This document shows positions 43,609 through 55,643 of a DNA stretch of 64,000 nucleotides, one piece after another. A program made the position numbers and the translations under genes. Position 1 is the stretch's first letter, and every line of letters begins with the position of its first letter. This stretch comes from Candidatus Fervidifonticultor primus (lineage in GTDB: Bacteria > Sysuimicrobiota > Sysuimicrobiia > Sysuimicrobiales > Humicultoraceae), in contig JAVKHP010000001.1 in the NCBI GenBank assembly GCA_031459855.1, positions 2,702,309 to 2,766,308 on the forward strand. The letters run 5' to 3'. A model generated the notes under the pieces. It did no database searches. It was not told where the DNA came from and was given only the letters and a program-made list of their open reading frames with translations.

Positions 43609-45189
43609 TCAGATGACGACCGGCTCGCGGTACTCGCCGTAGACCTCGCGCAGCACGCCGCAGATCTCCCCGAGCGTCGCGTAGGCGCGCACGCACTCGA
43701 GGATGTGCTCCATGGTGTTGTCGTTCCCCGCGGCCGCCCGGCGGAGCGCCTCCAGCCGCCGCGCCACCTGGGTGTTGTCGCGCTCGGCGCGCACACGCCG
43801 GGTCCGCTCGATCTGCCGGCGTTCCACCTCCGGGGGAATGCGCAGGATGGGGATGGGACGCTCCTCGGGCACGACGAACTCGTTGACCCCGACGATGATC
43901 CGTTCCTTGCGCTCCACCTGCTGCTGGAAGCGGAACGCCGCGTCGGCGATCTCCCGCTGCGGGTAGCCGGCCTCCACCGCCGCCACCATCCCGCCCATGG
44001 CGTCGATGCGCTCGATGTACGCCCAGGCGGCCTCTTCCAGCTGGTTGGTGAGCGCCTCGACGAAGTAGGCCCCGCCCAGGGGATCGACCGTGCTGGCCAC
44101 GCCGGTCTCGTAGGCGATGATCTGCTGGGTGCGCAGCGCCACCATCACCGCCTCCTCGGTGGGCAGCGCGTACGTCTCGTCCATGGAGTTGGTGTGCAGC
44201 GACTGGGTCCCGCCCAACACCGCGGCCAGGGCCTGCAGCGCCACCCGCGCCACGTTGTTGAGGGGCTGCTGGGCCGTGAGCGAGACGCCGGCGGTCTGGG
44301 CGTGGGTGCGCAACCACCACGACCGCGGGTTTTGGGCCCCGAAGCGCTCCCGCATGATCCTGGCCCACATGCGCCGCGCCGCACGGAACTTGGCGATCTC
44401 CTCGAAGAAGTCGCTGTGGACGTCGAAGAAGAAGGACAGCCGCGGCGCGAAGGCGTCGACGTCCAGCCCCGCGGCCAGGCCCAGCTTCACGTACTCAATG
44501 CCGTCGGCCAGCGTGAAGGCCAGCTCCTGCACGGCCGTGGCGCCGGCCTCGCGGATGTGGTAGCCGGAGACGCTCACCACGTTCCACTGGGGCAGGTGCC
44601 GCGTGCCGAAGACCAGCATGTCCGCCACCAGGCGCAGGGCCGGCCGGGGCGGGACGATCCACTCCTTCTGGGCGATGTACTCCTTGAGGATGTCGGTCTG
44701 GGTGGTGCCCCGCAGGCGGTCGGGCGGCACACCCTGACGCTCGGCCACGGCGACGTACATGGCGAGCAGCACGTTGGCCGGCGCGTTGATGGTCATGGAG
44801 GTGCTGACCCGGTCGAGCGGGATGCCCTGGAACAGGATCTCCATGTCGGCCAGCGAGTCGACGGCCACGCCCTCGCGGCCCACCTCGCCCTGGGCCCGCG
44901 GATGGTCGGAGTCGTACCCCATCAGCGTGGGCATGTCGAAGGCCACCGACAGCCCGGTCTGCCCCTGGGCCAGCAGGTAGTGGAAGCGCCGGTTGGTGTC
45001 CTCGGCGGTGCCGAACCCGGCGAACTGGCGCATCGTCCACAGCTTCCCGCGGTACATGGTGGCGTGGATGCCGCGGGTGAACGGATACGCTCCCGGACGG
45101 CCCAGGTCGACCTCCGGCGACCACCCCGCCAGGTCCTCGGGACCGTAGACCTCCTTCACCGGAATGCCCGACAGCGTCTCGTAGCGCAT
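43609..45189 (-). CDS. Acyl-CoA mutase large (substrate-binding TIM-barrel) subunit without a B12 domain. Specificity residues match isobutyryl-CoA mutase (IcmA-like) rather than methylmalonyl-CoA mutase.
   Basis: [17 protein letters not shown]...[29 protein letters not shown]...[17 protein letters not shown]. Phe at the MutB Tyr89 position (RQFAGF versus RQYAGF) and Gln at the MutB Arg207 position (YIAQKEW versus FMVRNTY). GGAGG RBS before the ATG at 45189. The 1187-aa ORF-track frame is a read-through artefact. Confidence 0.85.
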   Translation of the reverse strand: MRYETLSGIPVKEVYGPEDLAGWSPEVDLGRPGAYPFTRGIHATMYRGKLWTMRQFAGFGTAEDTNRRFHYLLAQGQTGLSVAFDMPTLMGYDSDHPRAQGEVGREGVAVDSLADMEILFQGIPLDRVSTSMTINAPANVLLAMYVAVAERQGVPPDRLRGTTQTDILKEYIAQKEWIVPPRPALRLVADMLVFGTRHLPQWNVVSVSGYHIREAGATAVQELAFTLADGIEYVKLGLAAGLDVDAFAPRLSFFFDVHSDFFEEIAKFRAARRMWARIMRERFGAQNPRSWWLRTHAQTAGVSLTAQQPLNNVARVALQALAAVLGGTQSLHTNSMDETYALPTEEAVMVALRTQQIIAYETGVASTVDPLGGAYFVEALTNQLEEAAWAYIERIDAMGGMVAAVEAGYPQREIADAAFRFQQQVERKERIIVGVNEFVVPEERPIPILRIPPEVERRQIERTRRVRAERDNTQVARRLEALRRAAAGNDNTMEHILECVRAYATLGEICGVLREVYGEYREPVVI

Positions 45190-47180
45190 CAGCGCTCGCC
45201 TCCGGGGCCTGCCGCGCTGCCCTCCGCGCGCAGGCTGGCGGCCAGGAGCTCGGCCACGTCGCGCGGCTGCCACCGCGCCTCGCGCGCCGCCCGGCCATCC
45301 TCCAGCATCAGCATACAAAACGGGCAGGCGGTTGCCACCACGTCCGCCCCGGTGGCCGTGGCGTGGTCGCTGCGCACGTGGTTGACGCGCTGGCCCACGC
45401 GGTCCTCGGTCCAGTACAACCCGCCGCCCGCCCCGCAGCAGAAGCCGCGCTCGCGGCACGCCGCCATCTCCACCACGTGCGCCCCGGGCAGGGCCCGCAG
45501 CACGCGGCGCGGCGCGTCGTACTCGCCGTTGTGCCGGCCCAGGTAGCAGGGATCGTGGAAGGTGATGCGCCCCGCAGGCGCCGTCTGCGGCCGCAGCCGT
45601 CCCGCGGCCACCAGCCGGTCCAGGAGCTGGGTGTGGTGCCAGACCTCGAACTGCCCGCCGACCTGGGGGTACTCGTGGCGCAGGGTGTTGTAGCAGTGGG
45701 GACAGACGGTGACGATCTTCTCGACGCCGTGGCGGCGCAGGGTGGCGATGTTCTGCTGGGCCAGGGTCTGGAACAGGTACTCGTTGCCCATCCGCCGCGC
45801 GGGATCGCCGGTGCACTGCTCGGCATCGCCCAGGATGGCCACGTCCAGCCCCGCCTGCGCCAGCAGGGCTACCAGCGCCCGCAGGGTCCCGTGGTTGCGC
45901 TCGTTGAGGGCCGAGGCGCACCCCACCCACAAGAGCCAGTCGGCCCGCTCCCCGTCGGCCAGGATGCGGATGCCGGTCCCCGCCGCCCAGACGGTCCGGG
46001 TGACGGCGGCGCCACGGAAGGGATGCGCGCGAGCCTCCAGGCTGCGCAGCGCATCGGCCATCGGCTCGGGCACGCGGGCCTGCTCCATCACCAGGTGGCG
46101 GCGCATGCCGACGATCTTGTCGATGTGGTCGTTGGTGGCCGGGCACTCCTCGACGCAGGCGCCGCAGGTGAGGCACTGCCAGAGGAACGCCTCGGAGAAC
46201 ACCTCGCCGACCAGTGCGGGCGGCGATCCCTGGCCGGTGGCGGCTGCTGCGACGCGGTGCAGCTGGCGGCGCAGGTCGGTGTGGAGGCGGCGCGGGTCGA
46301 GCTCCTTCCCGGTGCTGTGGGCCGGGCAGACCTCCACGCAGCGGCCGCACTCCATGCAGGCGAAGGCGTCCAGGTGGTCCTTCCAGGTCAGGTGCTCGAC
46401 GGCCGAGACCCCCAGCACCTCCGCGCGCTCGACGTCCACGGGCTCCAGGGCACCGCGCGGGCGCGCCTTGCGCAGCAGGACGTTCGGCACCAGCGTAATC
46501 AGGTGGAGGTGCTTGCCCTCGGGAATCCAGGTCAGGAAGACCAGGATCAGCGCCAGGTGCCCCCACCACGCGACCTCGAACACGCCGCGGACGACGCCCG
46601 GGCCGGCGCGCTGGAGGCCCTCGGCCAGCCGCGCCGAGAGCACCGCGCCGGTTGCCCACGCGGGCTGCTCGAGGGCGATCTGCCCGGCGCGGGAGGCCAG
46701 CAGGGTGACCATGATGCCGCTGATGAAGCCCAGGATCAGGTAGGCGCCCTTCTGGTCCTGTCCGGCGAGCCGCGCGGGGCGCACCACCACCCGCCAGTAC
46801 AGGGCCAGCCCCACGCCGAGCAGCACCAGCACGATGAACAGGTCCTGCAGAAACGCCAGCCACGGCGACGCGCCGATCCCGGGCAGGGTCCACCCGGGAC
46901 GCACCGACTCGCCCAGCGCCTGGACGATGGTGGTCAGCAGCACCAGGAAGCCCCAGAAGATGAACAGGTGCAGCACGCCCGCCAGTGGCCGGCGCAGCAC
47001 CCTGCGATGGAGCAGCACGTGCACCACGAGGTCGCGCAGCCGCACCGACAGCGGCGCGAGCGGCACCGGGCCCCGGCCGAGCCGGATCAGCCGGTAGATG
47101 CGCCACAGCTTGCGCGCGAACACGGCCCCGGCGGCCAGCGTCAGGGGCCCGACGAGGACCGCGCGCCACCACCAGGGCAT
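45189..47180 (-). CDS. Membrane-anchored Fe-S oxidoreductase, HdrD/GlpC/EtfD-like. N-terminal 5-6 TM helices, 2x[4Fe-4S] ferredoxin motifs and two CCG cysteine-rich domains. Candidate ETF:quinone oxidoreductase.
   Basis: TM region [18 protein letters not shown]...[10 protein letters not shown], then [12 protein letters not shown] and [12 protein letters not shown], then CPHCYN...CCGAGGG and CPFCM (CCG domains). Immediately downstream of etfA. Confidence 0.8.
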   Translation of the reverse strand: MPWWWRAVLVGPLTLAAGAVFARKLWRIYRLIRLGRGPVPLAPLSVRLRDLVVHVLLHRRVLRRPLAGVLHLFIFWGFLVLLTTIVQALGESVRPGWTLPGIGASPWLAFLQDLFIVLVLLGVGLALYWRVVVRPARLAGQDQKGAYLILGFISGIMVTLLASRAGQIALEQPAWATGAVLSARLAEGLQRAGPGVVRGVFEVAWWGHLALILVFLTWIPEGKHLHLITLVPNVLLRKARPRGALEPVDVERAEVLGVSAVEHLTWKDHLDAFACMECGRCVEVCPAHSTGKELDPRRLHTDLRRQLHRVAAAATGQGSPPALVGEVFSEAFLWQCLTCGACVEECPATNDHIDKIVGMRRHLVMEQARVPEPMADALRSLEARAHPFRGAAVTRTVWAAGTGIRILADGERADWLLWVGCASALNERNHGTLRALVALLAQAGLDVAILGDAEQCTGDPARRMGNEYLFQTLAQQNIATLRRHGVEKIVTVCPHCYNTLRHEYPQVGGQFEVWHHTQLLDRLVAAGRLRPQTAPAGRITFHDPCYLGRHNGEYDAPRRVLRALPGAHVVEMAACRERGFCCGAGGGLYWTEDRVGQRVNHVRSDHATATGADVVATACPFCMLMLEDGRAAREARWQPRDVAELLAASLRAEGSAAGPGGER

Positions 47181-47184
47181 CGCG

Positions 47185-48165
47185 CTACTGTCCCTTCAGG
47201 GCCTTGACCTTGGCGATGAGCGGGGGGAGGACCTCGCGGTAGTCGCCCACGATGCCCAGGTGCGCCACGCCGAAGATCGGCGCCTCGGGATCCTTGTTGA
47301 TGGCCACGATCGTGCGGGCGCCCGCCATGCCGGCGACGTGCTGGGTCGCACCGGAAATGCCCACGGCGAGGTAGAGCAGGGGCCGCACCGTCTTCCCGGT
47401 CTGCCCGATCTGCCAGGAGATGGGTACCCACCCGGCGTCGGCCGGCGGCCGCGACGAGCCCACGGCACCGCCCAGCACCTGCGCCAGTTCGGCCAGGAGC
47501 TTGAACCCTTCGGGGCCGCCGATGCCCCGGCCACCGCTCACGACGATCTGCGCGTCTTCCAGGCCGACCTCGGCCTGCTCGCGCACAATCTCGCGGACCC
47601 GTGTCGGGAGGGCGTCGTCGGCCAGCTGCACCGGCAGGTCGCGCACCACGCCGGCCGTGGGCGCGGGCGCGGGCGCATCCAGGGCCCGAGGCTTCACGGT
47701 GACCACCGCGGGCGTGCGCCGCACGGCCAGGGTGGCCACCGCCCGCCCGCCGTAGACCTGGCGGTGCACGACCACGGTGCCGTCGGCCACCTCGAGCCCC
47801 GTCGCCTCCGTGGCGAGCGCGGCACCCAGACGGTACGCGAGCCGGGGCCCGATCTCGCGGCCGACGGTGTCGGCGGCCACCAGCACGACCGCGGGCGACG
47901 CCGCGCGAACGCACGCCTCGGCGGCAGCCAGGTAGGCGTCGGACTGGCCCGTCGCCAGCAGCGGATGCACCACGCGGTGCACCACGCCCACGCCGTGCTG
48001 GTGGAGGGCCTCCACCGCGCCATCGGCGGCCTCGGCCGCCAGCAACGCCGCGTCGATGCCGCCGCCGACGGCAGGCGCGATGGTCCGTGCACCGGCCACC
48101 AGCTCCAGGCTCGACCGGCTCAGCGCGCCGTCGGCAACGGTGGCGATCACCAGGACGTTGGCCAT
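47185..48165 (-). CDS. etfA: Electron transfer flavoprotein alpha subunit.
   Basis: [13 protein letters not shown]...[38 protein letters not shown] is the EtfA FAD-binding signature. GAGGGAGGG RBS. Confidence 0.9.
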   Translation of the reverse strand: MANVLVIATVADGALSRSSLELVAGARTIAPAVGGGIDAALLAAEAADGAVEALHQHGVGVVHRVVHPLLATGQSDAYLAAAEACVRAASPAVVLVAADTVGREIGPRLAYRLGAALATEATGLEVADGTVVVHRQVYGGRAVATLAVRRTPAVVTVKPRALDAPAPAPTAGVVRDLPVQLADDALPTRVREIVREQAEVGLEDAQIVVSGGRGIGGPEGFKLLAELAQVLGGAVGSSRPPADAGWVPISWQIGQTGKTVRPLLYLAVGISGATQHVAGMAGARTIVAINKDPEAPIFGVAHLGIVGDYREVLPPLIAKVKALKGQ

Positions 48166-48174
48166 GCGTCCCTC

Positions 48175-48198
48175 CCTCAGAGCAACCCTCAGAGCAAC
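48175..48198. repeat. Perfect 12-bp tandem duplication (CCTCAGAGCAAC x2) spanning the etfB stop codon and abutting the etfA RBS.
   Basis: 48175-48186 and 48187-48198 are identical. The second copy contains the etfB TGA (48189-48191). Confidence 0.5.
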
Positions 48199-48974
48199 TT
48201 GAGGTCGCGCAGGCGCAGCGCCAGGGCCTCGGCCTGCTGCGCGGGCTCCCCCTCGAGGAACTCGCAGCGGGTCGTCCGCTCCGGCACCCGCACGTCGAGC
48301 ACGTCGACGCCGGCGTCGCCCACCGCGACGCCCAGGGCATCCACCGGCCAGGTCTGCACGGGCTTGCGCTTGGCCCCCACGATGTCCTTCACCTTGGGCA
48401 GGCGCGGTCGGTTCGCTTCGTCGCTCGTGACCGAGAGCACGGCGGGCAGGCGGGCCTCGACCACGTGATATCCCTCGTCGGCCTGTCGGTGCGCCACGAC
48501 GCGCCCGTCCTCGACCGTCACGCGGGCGACGAAGGTCACGCAGGCGGCGCCGAGCTCCTCGGCCAGGAGCGGTGGCACCGCGCGCTCCACCCAGTCCGCC
48601 GACTCGCAGCCGGTGAGCACGAGGTCGACGGCACCGAGCCGCCGGATCGCTGCGGCGAGCACTGGTGTCTTGGCAGCGCCCAGCAGGTCGGGCCCGCGCG
48701 GGTCGTCCACCACCACGGCGTCGTCGGCACCCATGGCCAGCGCCAGGCGGATCTGGTCGCCCACGGTCGCCTGGGGCGCGAGCGCCAGCGCCGTCACCCG
48801 GGCGCCCGTGCGGTCCTTGACCTGCAGGGCGACCTCCAGGGCGTTCTCGTCGTAGGTCGACAGGACCAGGGGCCGCCCCTCGCGGACCTGGCGCCGGGTC
48901 TGGGGATCGATGGCGAAGTCCCGGAGCGGGAGCTCCGGGTCGACGACCTGTTTGAGGCACACCACGATGTGCAT
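48189..48974 (-). CDS. etfB: Electron transfer flavoprotein beta subunit.
   Basis: MHIVVCLKQVVDPELPLRDF...VDLVLTGCESAD. Confidence 0.9.
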   Translation of the reverse strand: MHIVVCLKQVVDPELPLRDFAIDPQTRRQVREGRPLVLSTYDENALEVALQVKDRTGARVTALALAPQATVGDQIRLALAMGADDAVVVDDPRGPDLLGAAKTPVLAAAIRRLGAVDLVLTGCESADWVERAVPPLLAEELGAACVTFVARVTVEDGRVVAHRQADEGYHVVEARLPAVLSVTSDEANRPRLPKVKDIVGAKRKPVQTWPVDALGVAVGDAGVDVLDVRVPERTTRCEFLEGEPAQQAEALALRLRDLKLL

Positions 48975-48992
48975 AGGTCCTCCGCCAGGACG

Positions 48993-50132
<1,140 letters not shown>

Positions 50133-50219
50133 GCGCTGGCTCCCGCGGGTAGTTCTCCGGGCGCCCTGGTGCCCTCCTGCAGGCAGGAGCCAGCGCGCCC
50201 GACCGCGGAAGCACCCGGT

Positions 50220-51080
50220 GTGGTGCCCATCCTCTTGCTAGCTGCCACGACCGCCGCGGCGCTGGCTGCCGTGGCGTATCGCCGGGTCACGCGCACCAGA
50301 GCGCGCCTGCTGGCCTATCTGCGGGAGACCGCGCCCGAGGTGGTCGTGACCCGCCTCACCCCGCTGGGGTTCGTCGCCGAGATCTTGGGCGTGCCCATGG
50401 AGGTTGACCTGGCCAGCCTGCTGCGACGTCGCCCGCGCGTGCCGGAGGCCGCGTGGTTCGCTCAGATCCTGGCCGGGATGCGCAGCCGGCTCCCGGTCCC
50501 CGCGCCTCCCCCACTCCCGCTCGTCCAGGACCGCATCATGCCCCTGCTGCGCTCCCAGGCGGACGTGAACGTGTTCGCCCACTACCCGCCCCCGCTGCGC
50601 CTGGTTGTCCGGCCGCTGGTGGACGGCGTGGTGATCACCTACGTCATCGGGAGCACCGACAGGTACACCGCGATCACCCGCGGCGCGCTGGAGGCCTGGG
50701 GGCTGTCCGTCGAGGCCCTCCACGCGCTCGCGATCGAGAACCTCCGCCGCCACACGCACCACGTCCTGGCCGAGATCGGCGGGCCCCGGACGCGCTACGA
50801 GCACCTGGATCGGTACGATGCCACCCGGGTGCTGGCGCCCGACCTGGTGGTGCCAGCCGACGTGCACGACCCTGTGGTGGCTTTCCCGGAGGAAACCGTG
50901 CTGCTGGTCACCCCCGCCGCCCAGGCATCCGCGCTGGCGGCGGAGGCGGCGGCACGCTACGCCAGCGCGGCGCGGCCGCTCTCGCCCCGCCCCTATCGGC
51001 TCACCGCCGCCGGCCTCGTTCCCGTCGGCGCGGTCTGCGACGATCCTTCCCGGGCCATGCCCGACGGCGCGCCGCCCTGA
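50220..51080 (+). CDS. DUF1444 (YtpQ/UPF0354-like) family protein with an N-terminal hydrophobic anchor.
   Basis: ...VVITYVIGSTDRYTAITRGALEAWGLSVEALHALAIENLRR... in the in-frame tail of the 997-aa ORF-track entry. Start estimated at the GTG near 50220. Confidence 0.65.
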   Translation: MVPILLLAATTAAALAAVAYRRVTRTRARLLAYLRETAPEVVVTRLTPLGFVAEILGVPMEVDLASLLRRRPRVPEAAWFAQILAGMRSRLPVPAPPPLPLVQDRIMPLLRSQADVNVFAHYPPPLRLVVRPLVDGVVITYVIGSTDRYTAITRGALEAWGLSVEALHALAIENLRRHTHHVLAEIGGPRTRYEHLDRYDATRVLAPDLVVPADVHDPVVAFPEETVLLVTPAAQASALAAEAAARYASAARPLSPRPYRLTAAGLVPVGAVCDDPSRAMPDGAPP

Positions 51081-51085
51081 GTCGC

Positions 51086-51103
51086 GCGCGGCGCGCCGCG
51101 CAC
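51086..51103. terminator. Perfect 16-nt GC palindrome (GCGCGGCGCGCCGCGC) between the convergent DUF1444 and hbd genes. Candidate bidirectional terminator hairpin.
   Basis: Self-complementary sequence read from the sequence. No U-tract. Confidence 0.3.
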
Positions 51104-51152
51104 CGGTCGTTCCACCGTCCCGGGGCGGGCGCCGCCTCCAGGCCCCGCTCGC

Positions 51153-52007
51153 TCACCGCGTGTCGTACTCGTAGAATCCCCGCCCTGTCTTCCGCCCCCA
51201 CCACCCGGCGGTGACCATCTGCTTGAGCAGCACCGGCGGCGCCCAGCGCGGGTCCTTGGTTTCCTGGTACATGGCCTCGGCGATGTAGTACGTGGTGTCG
51301 AGGCCGACGAAGTCCAGCAGCGTGAGCGGGCCCATGGGATGGTTGAGGCCGAGCGTCACCGCGGCGTCGATGTCCTCGCGGGTGGCGATCCCTGCCTCGT
51401 AGACCCGCACGGCGTCCAGCAGGAAGGGCACCAGCAGCCGGTTGACGATGAAGCCGGGCGCGTCCTTGGCGTGCACGACCCGCTTGCCCAGCGCCGCCGC
51501 CATGGCCTCGACCGCCGCGATCGTCGCATCGGACGTGCGCAGGCCCCGCACGATCTCCACCAGCGGCATCACCGGGACCGGGTTGAAGAAGTGCATGCCG
51601 GCCACACGGTCGGGGCGGTCCGTCGCCGCCGCCAGCTCGGTGATCGACAGCGACGAGGTGTTGCTGGTCAGGATGACCTCGGGACGCGTCAACCGGTCGA
51701 GGGCCCGCAGCACCGCCTTTTTCTCGTCCATCTTCTCGACGACGGCCTCCACCACGAAATCGACGTCGGCGAGGTCCTCCAGGGCCGTGGTGCCGCTGAT
51801 GCGGCGCCGGGCGGCCTGGCGGTCGGCCTCGGACAGCTTCCCGCGCTCGACGGCACGTCGCATCGAGGCGTCGATCCGCTCCAGCCCACGCGCCAGCAGC
51901 TCCTCGGAGACCTCGCGCACCACCACCTCGTAGCCGGCCCGGGCCGCCACCTCGGCGATCCCCGACCCCATGAGCCCGCATCCCACCACGCCCACACGCC
52001 GGATCAT
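51153..52007 (-). CDS. hbd: 3-hydroxybutyryl-CoA dehydrogenase (3-hydroxyacyl-CoA dehydrogenase, NAD-binding).
   Basis: VGVVGCGLMGSGIAEVAA...NTSSLSITELAAATDRPDRVAGMHFFNPVPVMPLVEIV. AGGAGGGA RBS. Confidence 0.9.
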   Translation of the reverse strand: MIRRVGVVGCGLMGSGIAEVAARAGYEVVVREVSEELLARGLERIDASMRRAVERGKLSEADRQAARRRISGTTALEDLADVDFVVEAVVEKMDEKKAVLRALDRLTRPEVILTSNTSSLSITELAAATDRPDRVAGMHFFNPVPVMPLVEIVRGLRTSDATIAAVEAMAAALGKRVVHAKDAPGFIVNRLLVPFLLDAVRVYEAGIATREDIDAAVTLGLNHPMGPLTLLDFVGLDTTYYIAEAMYQETKDPRWAPPVLLKQMVTAGWWGRKTGRGFYEYDTR

Positions 52008-52161
52008 CCCGTCCCTCCTGTGCTCTTCTGTTCTCTTGGGCGGTCAGCAGCCGTCGCGCCGTTCCGCGGGCCGCCCGCGGCCCCGGCGGAGCCACGGCAT
52101 CGCCGCTAGGCCCGGTCGCGCCGACTCTCGTGCCCTTCCTGGGCGCCAGACGATGGCCGCG

Positions 52162-53478
52162 TCAGACACCAGGTGCGCCGACGACGCCCAGCACCAGCGG
52201 CTGCGGTGCGGGCGGGGCGTCGGCCAGCGTGTACGCAGCCGCCACCTCGCGCACGGCGCGCGCTGCCGCCTCGTCGGTGCGGGCGTGCACGACCGCCAGG
52301 GACGCGCCAGCCGTTGCGGGCTCGCCCACGACGCGCGTCAGCACCACGCCCACCGCCGGGTCGACCGCATCTTCCTTGCGCGCGCGGCCCGCGCCCAGGC
52401 GCATCGCTGCCAGCCCCACGGCCTCGGCGTCGATGGCCGCCACCCAGCCCGCGCGCGGCGCCGGGACAGGCACCTGCACCGGCGCCTGCGGCAGCCGGTC
52501 CGGATCGTGCACGGCGGCCGCATCGCCGCCCTGCGCGGCGACCATGGCGGCGAACCGCTCCAGCCCCGCGCCGCCGGCCAGGTGCTCCTGCAGCACGCGC
52601 CGGCCCTCCTCCGGCGTCGCCACCGCACCGCCCAGCACCAGCATCCAGCCGCCCAGCACGAGGCAGAGCTCGAGCAGGTCGGCGGGGCCGCGGCCGGCCA
52701 GCGTGGCGATCGCCTCCCGCACCTCGGGCGCGTTTCCCACCGCGCGGCCCAGCGGTGCGTCCATGGCGCTCAGCACCGCCACCGTGCGCCGCTGCATCCG
52801 CGCGCCGATCTCCACCATCGCCTCGGCCAGCGCCCGCGCCTGCGCCTCGGTCTTCATGAACGCGCCGCGCCCGCACTTGACGTCCAGCACGATCGCCCGC
52901 GCCCCGCCGGCGATCTTCTTGGACATGATGCTGGCGGCGATCAGCGGCAGGCTGTCGACCGTGGCCGTGACGTCGCGCAGCGCGTAGAGCTTCTGGTCAG
53001 CCGGGGTGAGCTGGGGGCTCTGCCCGGCGATCACACACCCCACGCGCTCGGTCTGGGCCACGATCTCGGCGTCCGAGAGCGTGGTGCGCAGCCCGGGGAT
53101 CGCCTCCAGCTTGTCGAGCGTGCCGCCGGTGTGCCCGAGCCCGCGCCCCGACAGCTTGGCGACCGGCACACCCGCGGACGCCACCAGGGGCACCAGTACC
53201 AGCGACGTCTTGTCCCCGACCCCGCCGCTGCTGTGTTTGTCCACGGCGCGCGCGGCCAGAGGGCCCAGGTCCAGGACGGTCCCCGAGCGCACCATCGCCA
53301 GGGTGAGCGCCGCCGTCTCCTCGGCCGTCATGCCGCGGAAGTAGACCGCCATGAGGAAGGCGGCCATCTGGTAGTCGGGGATCTCGCCCCGGGTGAACCC
53401 GTCCACCAGGAACGCGATCTCCTCCGGCCCGAGCGCCCCACCGTCGCGCTTGCGGCGGATCAGGTCGTAGGCGCGCAT
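52162..53478 (-). CDS. deoA: Pyrimidine-nucleoside (thymidine) phosphorylase.
   Basis: [45 protein letters not shown]...[14 protein letters not shown]. Confidence 0.9.
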   Translation of the reverse strand: MRAYDLIRRKRDGGALGPEEIAFLVDGFTRGEIPDYQMAAFLMAVYFRGMTAEETAALTLAMVRSGTVLDLGPLAARAVDKHSSGGVGDKTSLVLVPLVASAGVPVAKLSGRGLGHTGGTLDKLEAIPGLRTTLSDAEIVAQTERVGCVIAGQSPQLTPADQKLYALRDVTATVDSLPLIAASIMSKKIAGGARAIVLDVKCGRGAFMKTEAQARALAEAMVEIGARMQRRTVAVLSAMDAPLGRAVGNAPEVREAIATLAGRGPADLLELCLVLGGWMLVLGGAVATPEEGRRVLQEHLAGGAGLERFAAMVAAQGGDAAAVHDPDRLPQAPVQVPVPAPRAGWVAAIDAEAVGLAAMRLGAGRARKEDAVDPAVGVVLTRVVGEPATAGASLAVVHARTDEAAARAVREVAAAYTLADAPPAPQPLVLGVVGAPGV

Positions 53479-53556
53479 CGCGCACGTCCTCCGGATCGTC
53501 TACCCAGGGCAGCAGCGTCCCGTGCAGCTGTCGTCCGCACCGTTCCGGCCATCGGC

Positions 53557-54381
53557 TCAGCCCGGCAGCCGCCGCAGGAACCCACGCACGAGCGCCGCGC
53601 ACCGGGGCACGGCCCGCGCCACCACCGCCAGCACGTCCTCGTGCGCGGGTCCTGTCGGCGCCGTCCCGGCGGCCACGTTGGCGATGACGCTGAGCCCGAC
53701 CACGCGCATGCCGGCGTGGCGTGCTGCGATCACCTCGGGCACGGTGGACATGCCGACGGCGTCGGCGCCCCAGCCGCGCATCATCCGCACCTCGGCCGGG
53801 GTCTCGTAGGATGGCCCGAGCACGGCCAGGTAGATACCGTCGCGAAGCGCGATGCCGGCTTCGGCGGCGGCGGCGCGCATGGCGGCGAGCAGCGCCGGGT
53901 CGTAGGCCGCCGCCATGTCGGGGAAGCGCGGACCGAACGCGTCCTCGTTGGGGCCCACCAGCGGGTTCGTGCCCATGGCGTTGATGTGGTCGGTGATCAG
54001 CAACAGGTCGCCGGGGGCCAGAGCCGGGTGCAGGCCGCCCGCGGCGTTGGTCACCAGCAGCGTGTGCGCCCCAAGCGCGCGCAGCGCCCGCACCGGGAAG
54101 ACGACCTCGGCCATCGCCACGCCCTCGTAGGCGTGGACGCGCCCCTGCAACACCGCCACGGTCCGGCCCTCAAGCCTTCCCACCACCAGTCGGCCGGCGT
54201 GCCCCGGCGCGCGCGGGGGCACGAAGTGCGGGATCTGGTCGTAGGGCAGGACCGCCTCGGCCTCCACCAGGTCGGCGAGTGCGCCCAGCCCCGAGCCCAG
54301 CACGATGGCCACCTCCGGCCGCTGGCGGATGCGCTGGCCGATGACTGCGGCCGCCTCCCGCGCCCTTGCAGCCCAGCTCAC
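53557..54381 (-). CDS. punA: Purine nucleoside phosphorylase (trimeric PNP / PunA type).
   Basis: VAIVLGSGLG...VTNAAGG...GPSYETPAEVRMMRGWGADAVGMSTVPEV. GTG start with a GGAGGTGGGGAG RBS. The ORF-track start at 54555 is too long. Confidence 0.85.
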   Translation of the reverse strand: MSWAARAREAAAVIGQRIRQRPEVAIVLGSGLGALADLVEAEAVLPYDQIPHFVPPRAPGHAGRLVVGRLEGRTVAVLQGRVHAYEGVAMAEVVFPVRALRALGAHTLLVTNAAGGLHPALAPGDLLLITDHINAMGTNPLVGPNEDAFGPRFPDMAAAYDPALLAAMRAAAAEAGIALRDGIYLAVLGPSYETPAEVRMMRGWGADAVGMSTVPEVIAARHAGMRVVGLSVIANVAAGTAPTGPAHEDVLAVVARAVPRCAALVRGFLRRLPG

Positions 54382-54442
54382 CTCCCCACCTCCGCGACAC
54401 CCTGCGCGGACGCCGCGGCGCACCCGGGTAGGGCCCGCGGGA

Positions 54443-55624
54443 TCACGCCCGCGCCTCCTGCGCGACCAGCAGCGGCCAGAAGGACGTCCCTGCTCCGGTC
54501 CACGTGACGCCCAGTGCCGCGGCCACGGTGGCCGCCACGTCGGCGAACGTCGCACGCACGCCCAGACGCCGCCCGGGCGGCAGCCCTGCCCGCCAGACCA
54601 GGACCGGCACGCGCTCGCGCGAGTGGTCGGTGCTGGGCGTCGTGGGGTCGTTGCCGTGGTCGCCGGTAATGATGACGAGCCCGTCGTCCGCGCACGCCTG
54701 CAGCACCTCCAGCAGCCGGCCGTCCAGGCGCTGCAGGTGGCGCGCCCAGCCCGCGGGGTCGTTGCGGTGGCCGTAGACCTGGTCGAGCTCGATCAGGTTG
54801 GTGAACACCAGCCCGTGCCCAAGCGCCCGGACGGCCTCCACCGTCTGCGTCACGCCTTCGTCGTCGTCGCGGGTGTGGACGGCACGCGCCAGACCCCGCC
54901 CCGCGAACAGGTCGTCGATCTTGCCCACGCCCACCACGGGCACGCCTGCGGCGGCGAGCGCGTCCAGCACCGTGGGACCCACCGGCGCCAGCGAGAAGTC
55001 GCGTCGCCGCGGGGTGCGCACGAAGGCACCCGGTGACCCGACGAACGGCCGTGCGATCACCCGGCTCACGGCGTGCGCGCCCACCAGCACCGCGCGCACC
55101 GCGGCGCACCACGCGTAGAGCTGCTCTACGGGCACGACCGCCTCGTGCGCGGCGATCTGGAAGACGCTGTCGGCGGACGTGTACACGATGGGATATCCCG
55201 TGCGCAGGTGCTCGGGCCCAAGGCGTGCGATGATCTCGGTGCCCGAGGCGACCTCGTTGCCCAGCACCGGCCGCCCGATGGCCGCTTCCACCGCGGCGAT
55301 GACCTCCGGGGGAAAACCCTGCGGGTAGGTGGGGAACGGGCGGTCGACGATCAGCCCGGCCAGCTCCCAGTGGCCGGAGGTCGAGTCCTTCCCCGCGGCC
55401 TGCTCCACCATGAGCCCCACGGCGGCCTGGTGCGCCTCCACCGGCCGTACGCCGGGAATGGCGTCGACCACGCCCAACCCCAGCCGCTCCAGCACCGGTA
55501 GGCGCAACCCGCCCACCGCGCGGGCCGTGTTGGCCAGCGTGTGGCTCCCCTCGTCGCCGTAGGCTGCGGCGTCGGGGGCGCCGCCGCAGCCGAGCCCATC
55601 GAGCACCAGCAGGACCACGCGCAT
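54443..55624 (-). CDS. deoB: Phosphopentomutase.
   Basis: MRVVLLVLDGLGCGGAPDA...GKDSTSGHWELAG...ITGDHGNDPT. ATG at 55624. The upstream part of the 496-aa ORF-track frame is spurious. Confidence 0.9.
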   Translation of the reverse strand: MRVVLLVLDGLGCGGAPDAAAYGDEGSHTLANTARAVGGLRLPVLERLGLGVVDAIPGVRPVEAHQAAVGLMVEQAAGKDSTSGHWELAGLIVDRPFPTYPQGFPPEVIAAVEAAIGRPVLGNEVASGTEIIARLGPEHLRTGYPIVYTSADSVFQIAAHEAVVPVEQLYAWCAAVRAVLVGAHAVSRVIARPFVGSPGAFVRTPRRRDFSLAPVGPTVLDALAAAGVPVVGVGKIDDLFAGRGLARAVHTRDDDEGVTQTVEAVRALGHGLVFTNLIELDQVYGHRNDPAGWARHLQRLDGRLLEVLQACADDGLVIITGDHGNDPTTPSTDHSRERVPVLVWRAGLPPGRRLGVRATFADVAATVAAALGVTWTGAGTSFWPLLVAQEARA

Positions 55625-55643
55625 GCCCGCGTCCCTGCCCGGA

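Noticed and set aside
43609-47172. 1187-aa minus-strand ORF in the track spanning the mutase large subunit and the upstream region.
   Set aside because: The N-terminal two thirds is an out-of-frame read-through across the EtfD-like gene (high-GC open frame). The real gene starts at the ATG at 45189, with a GGAGG RBS and the conserved mutase N-terminus [13 protein letters not shown].
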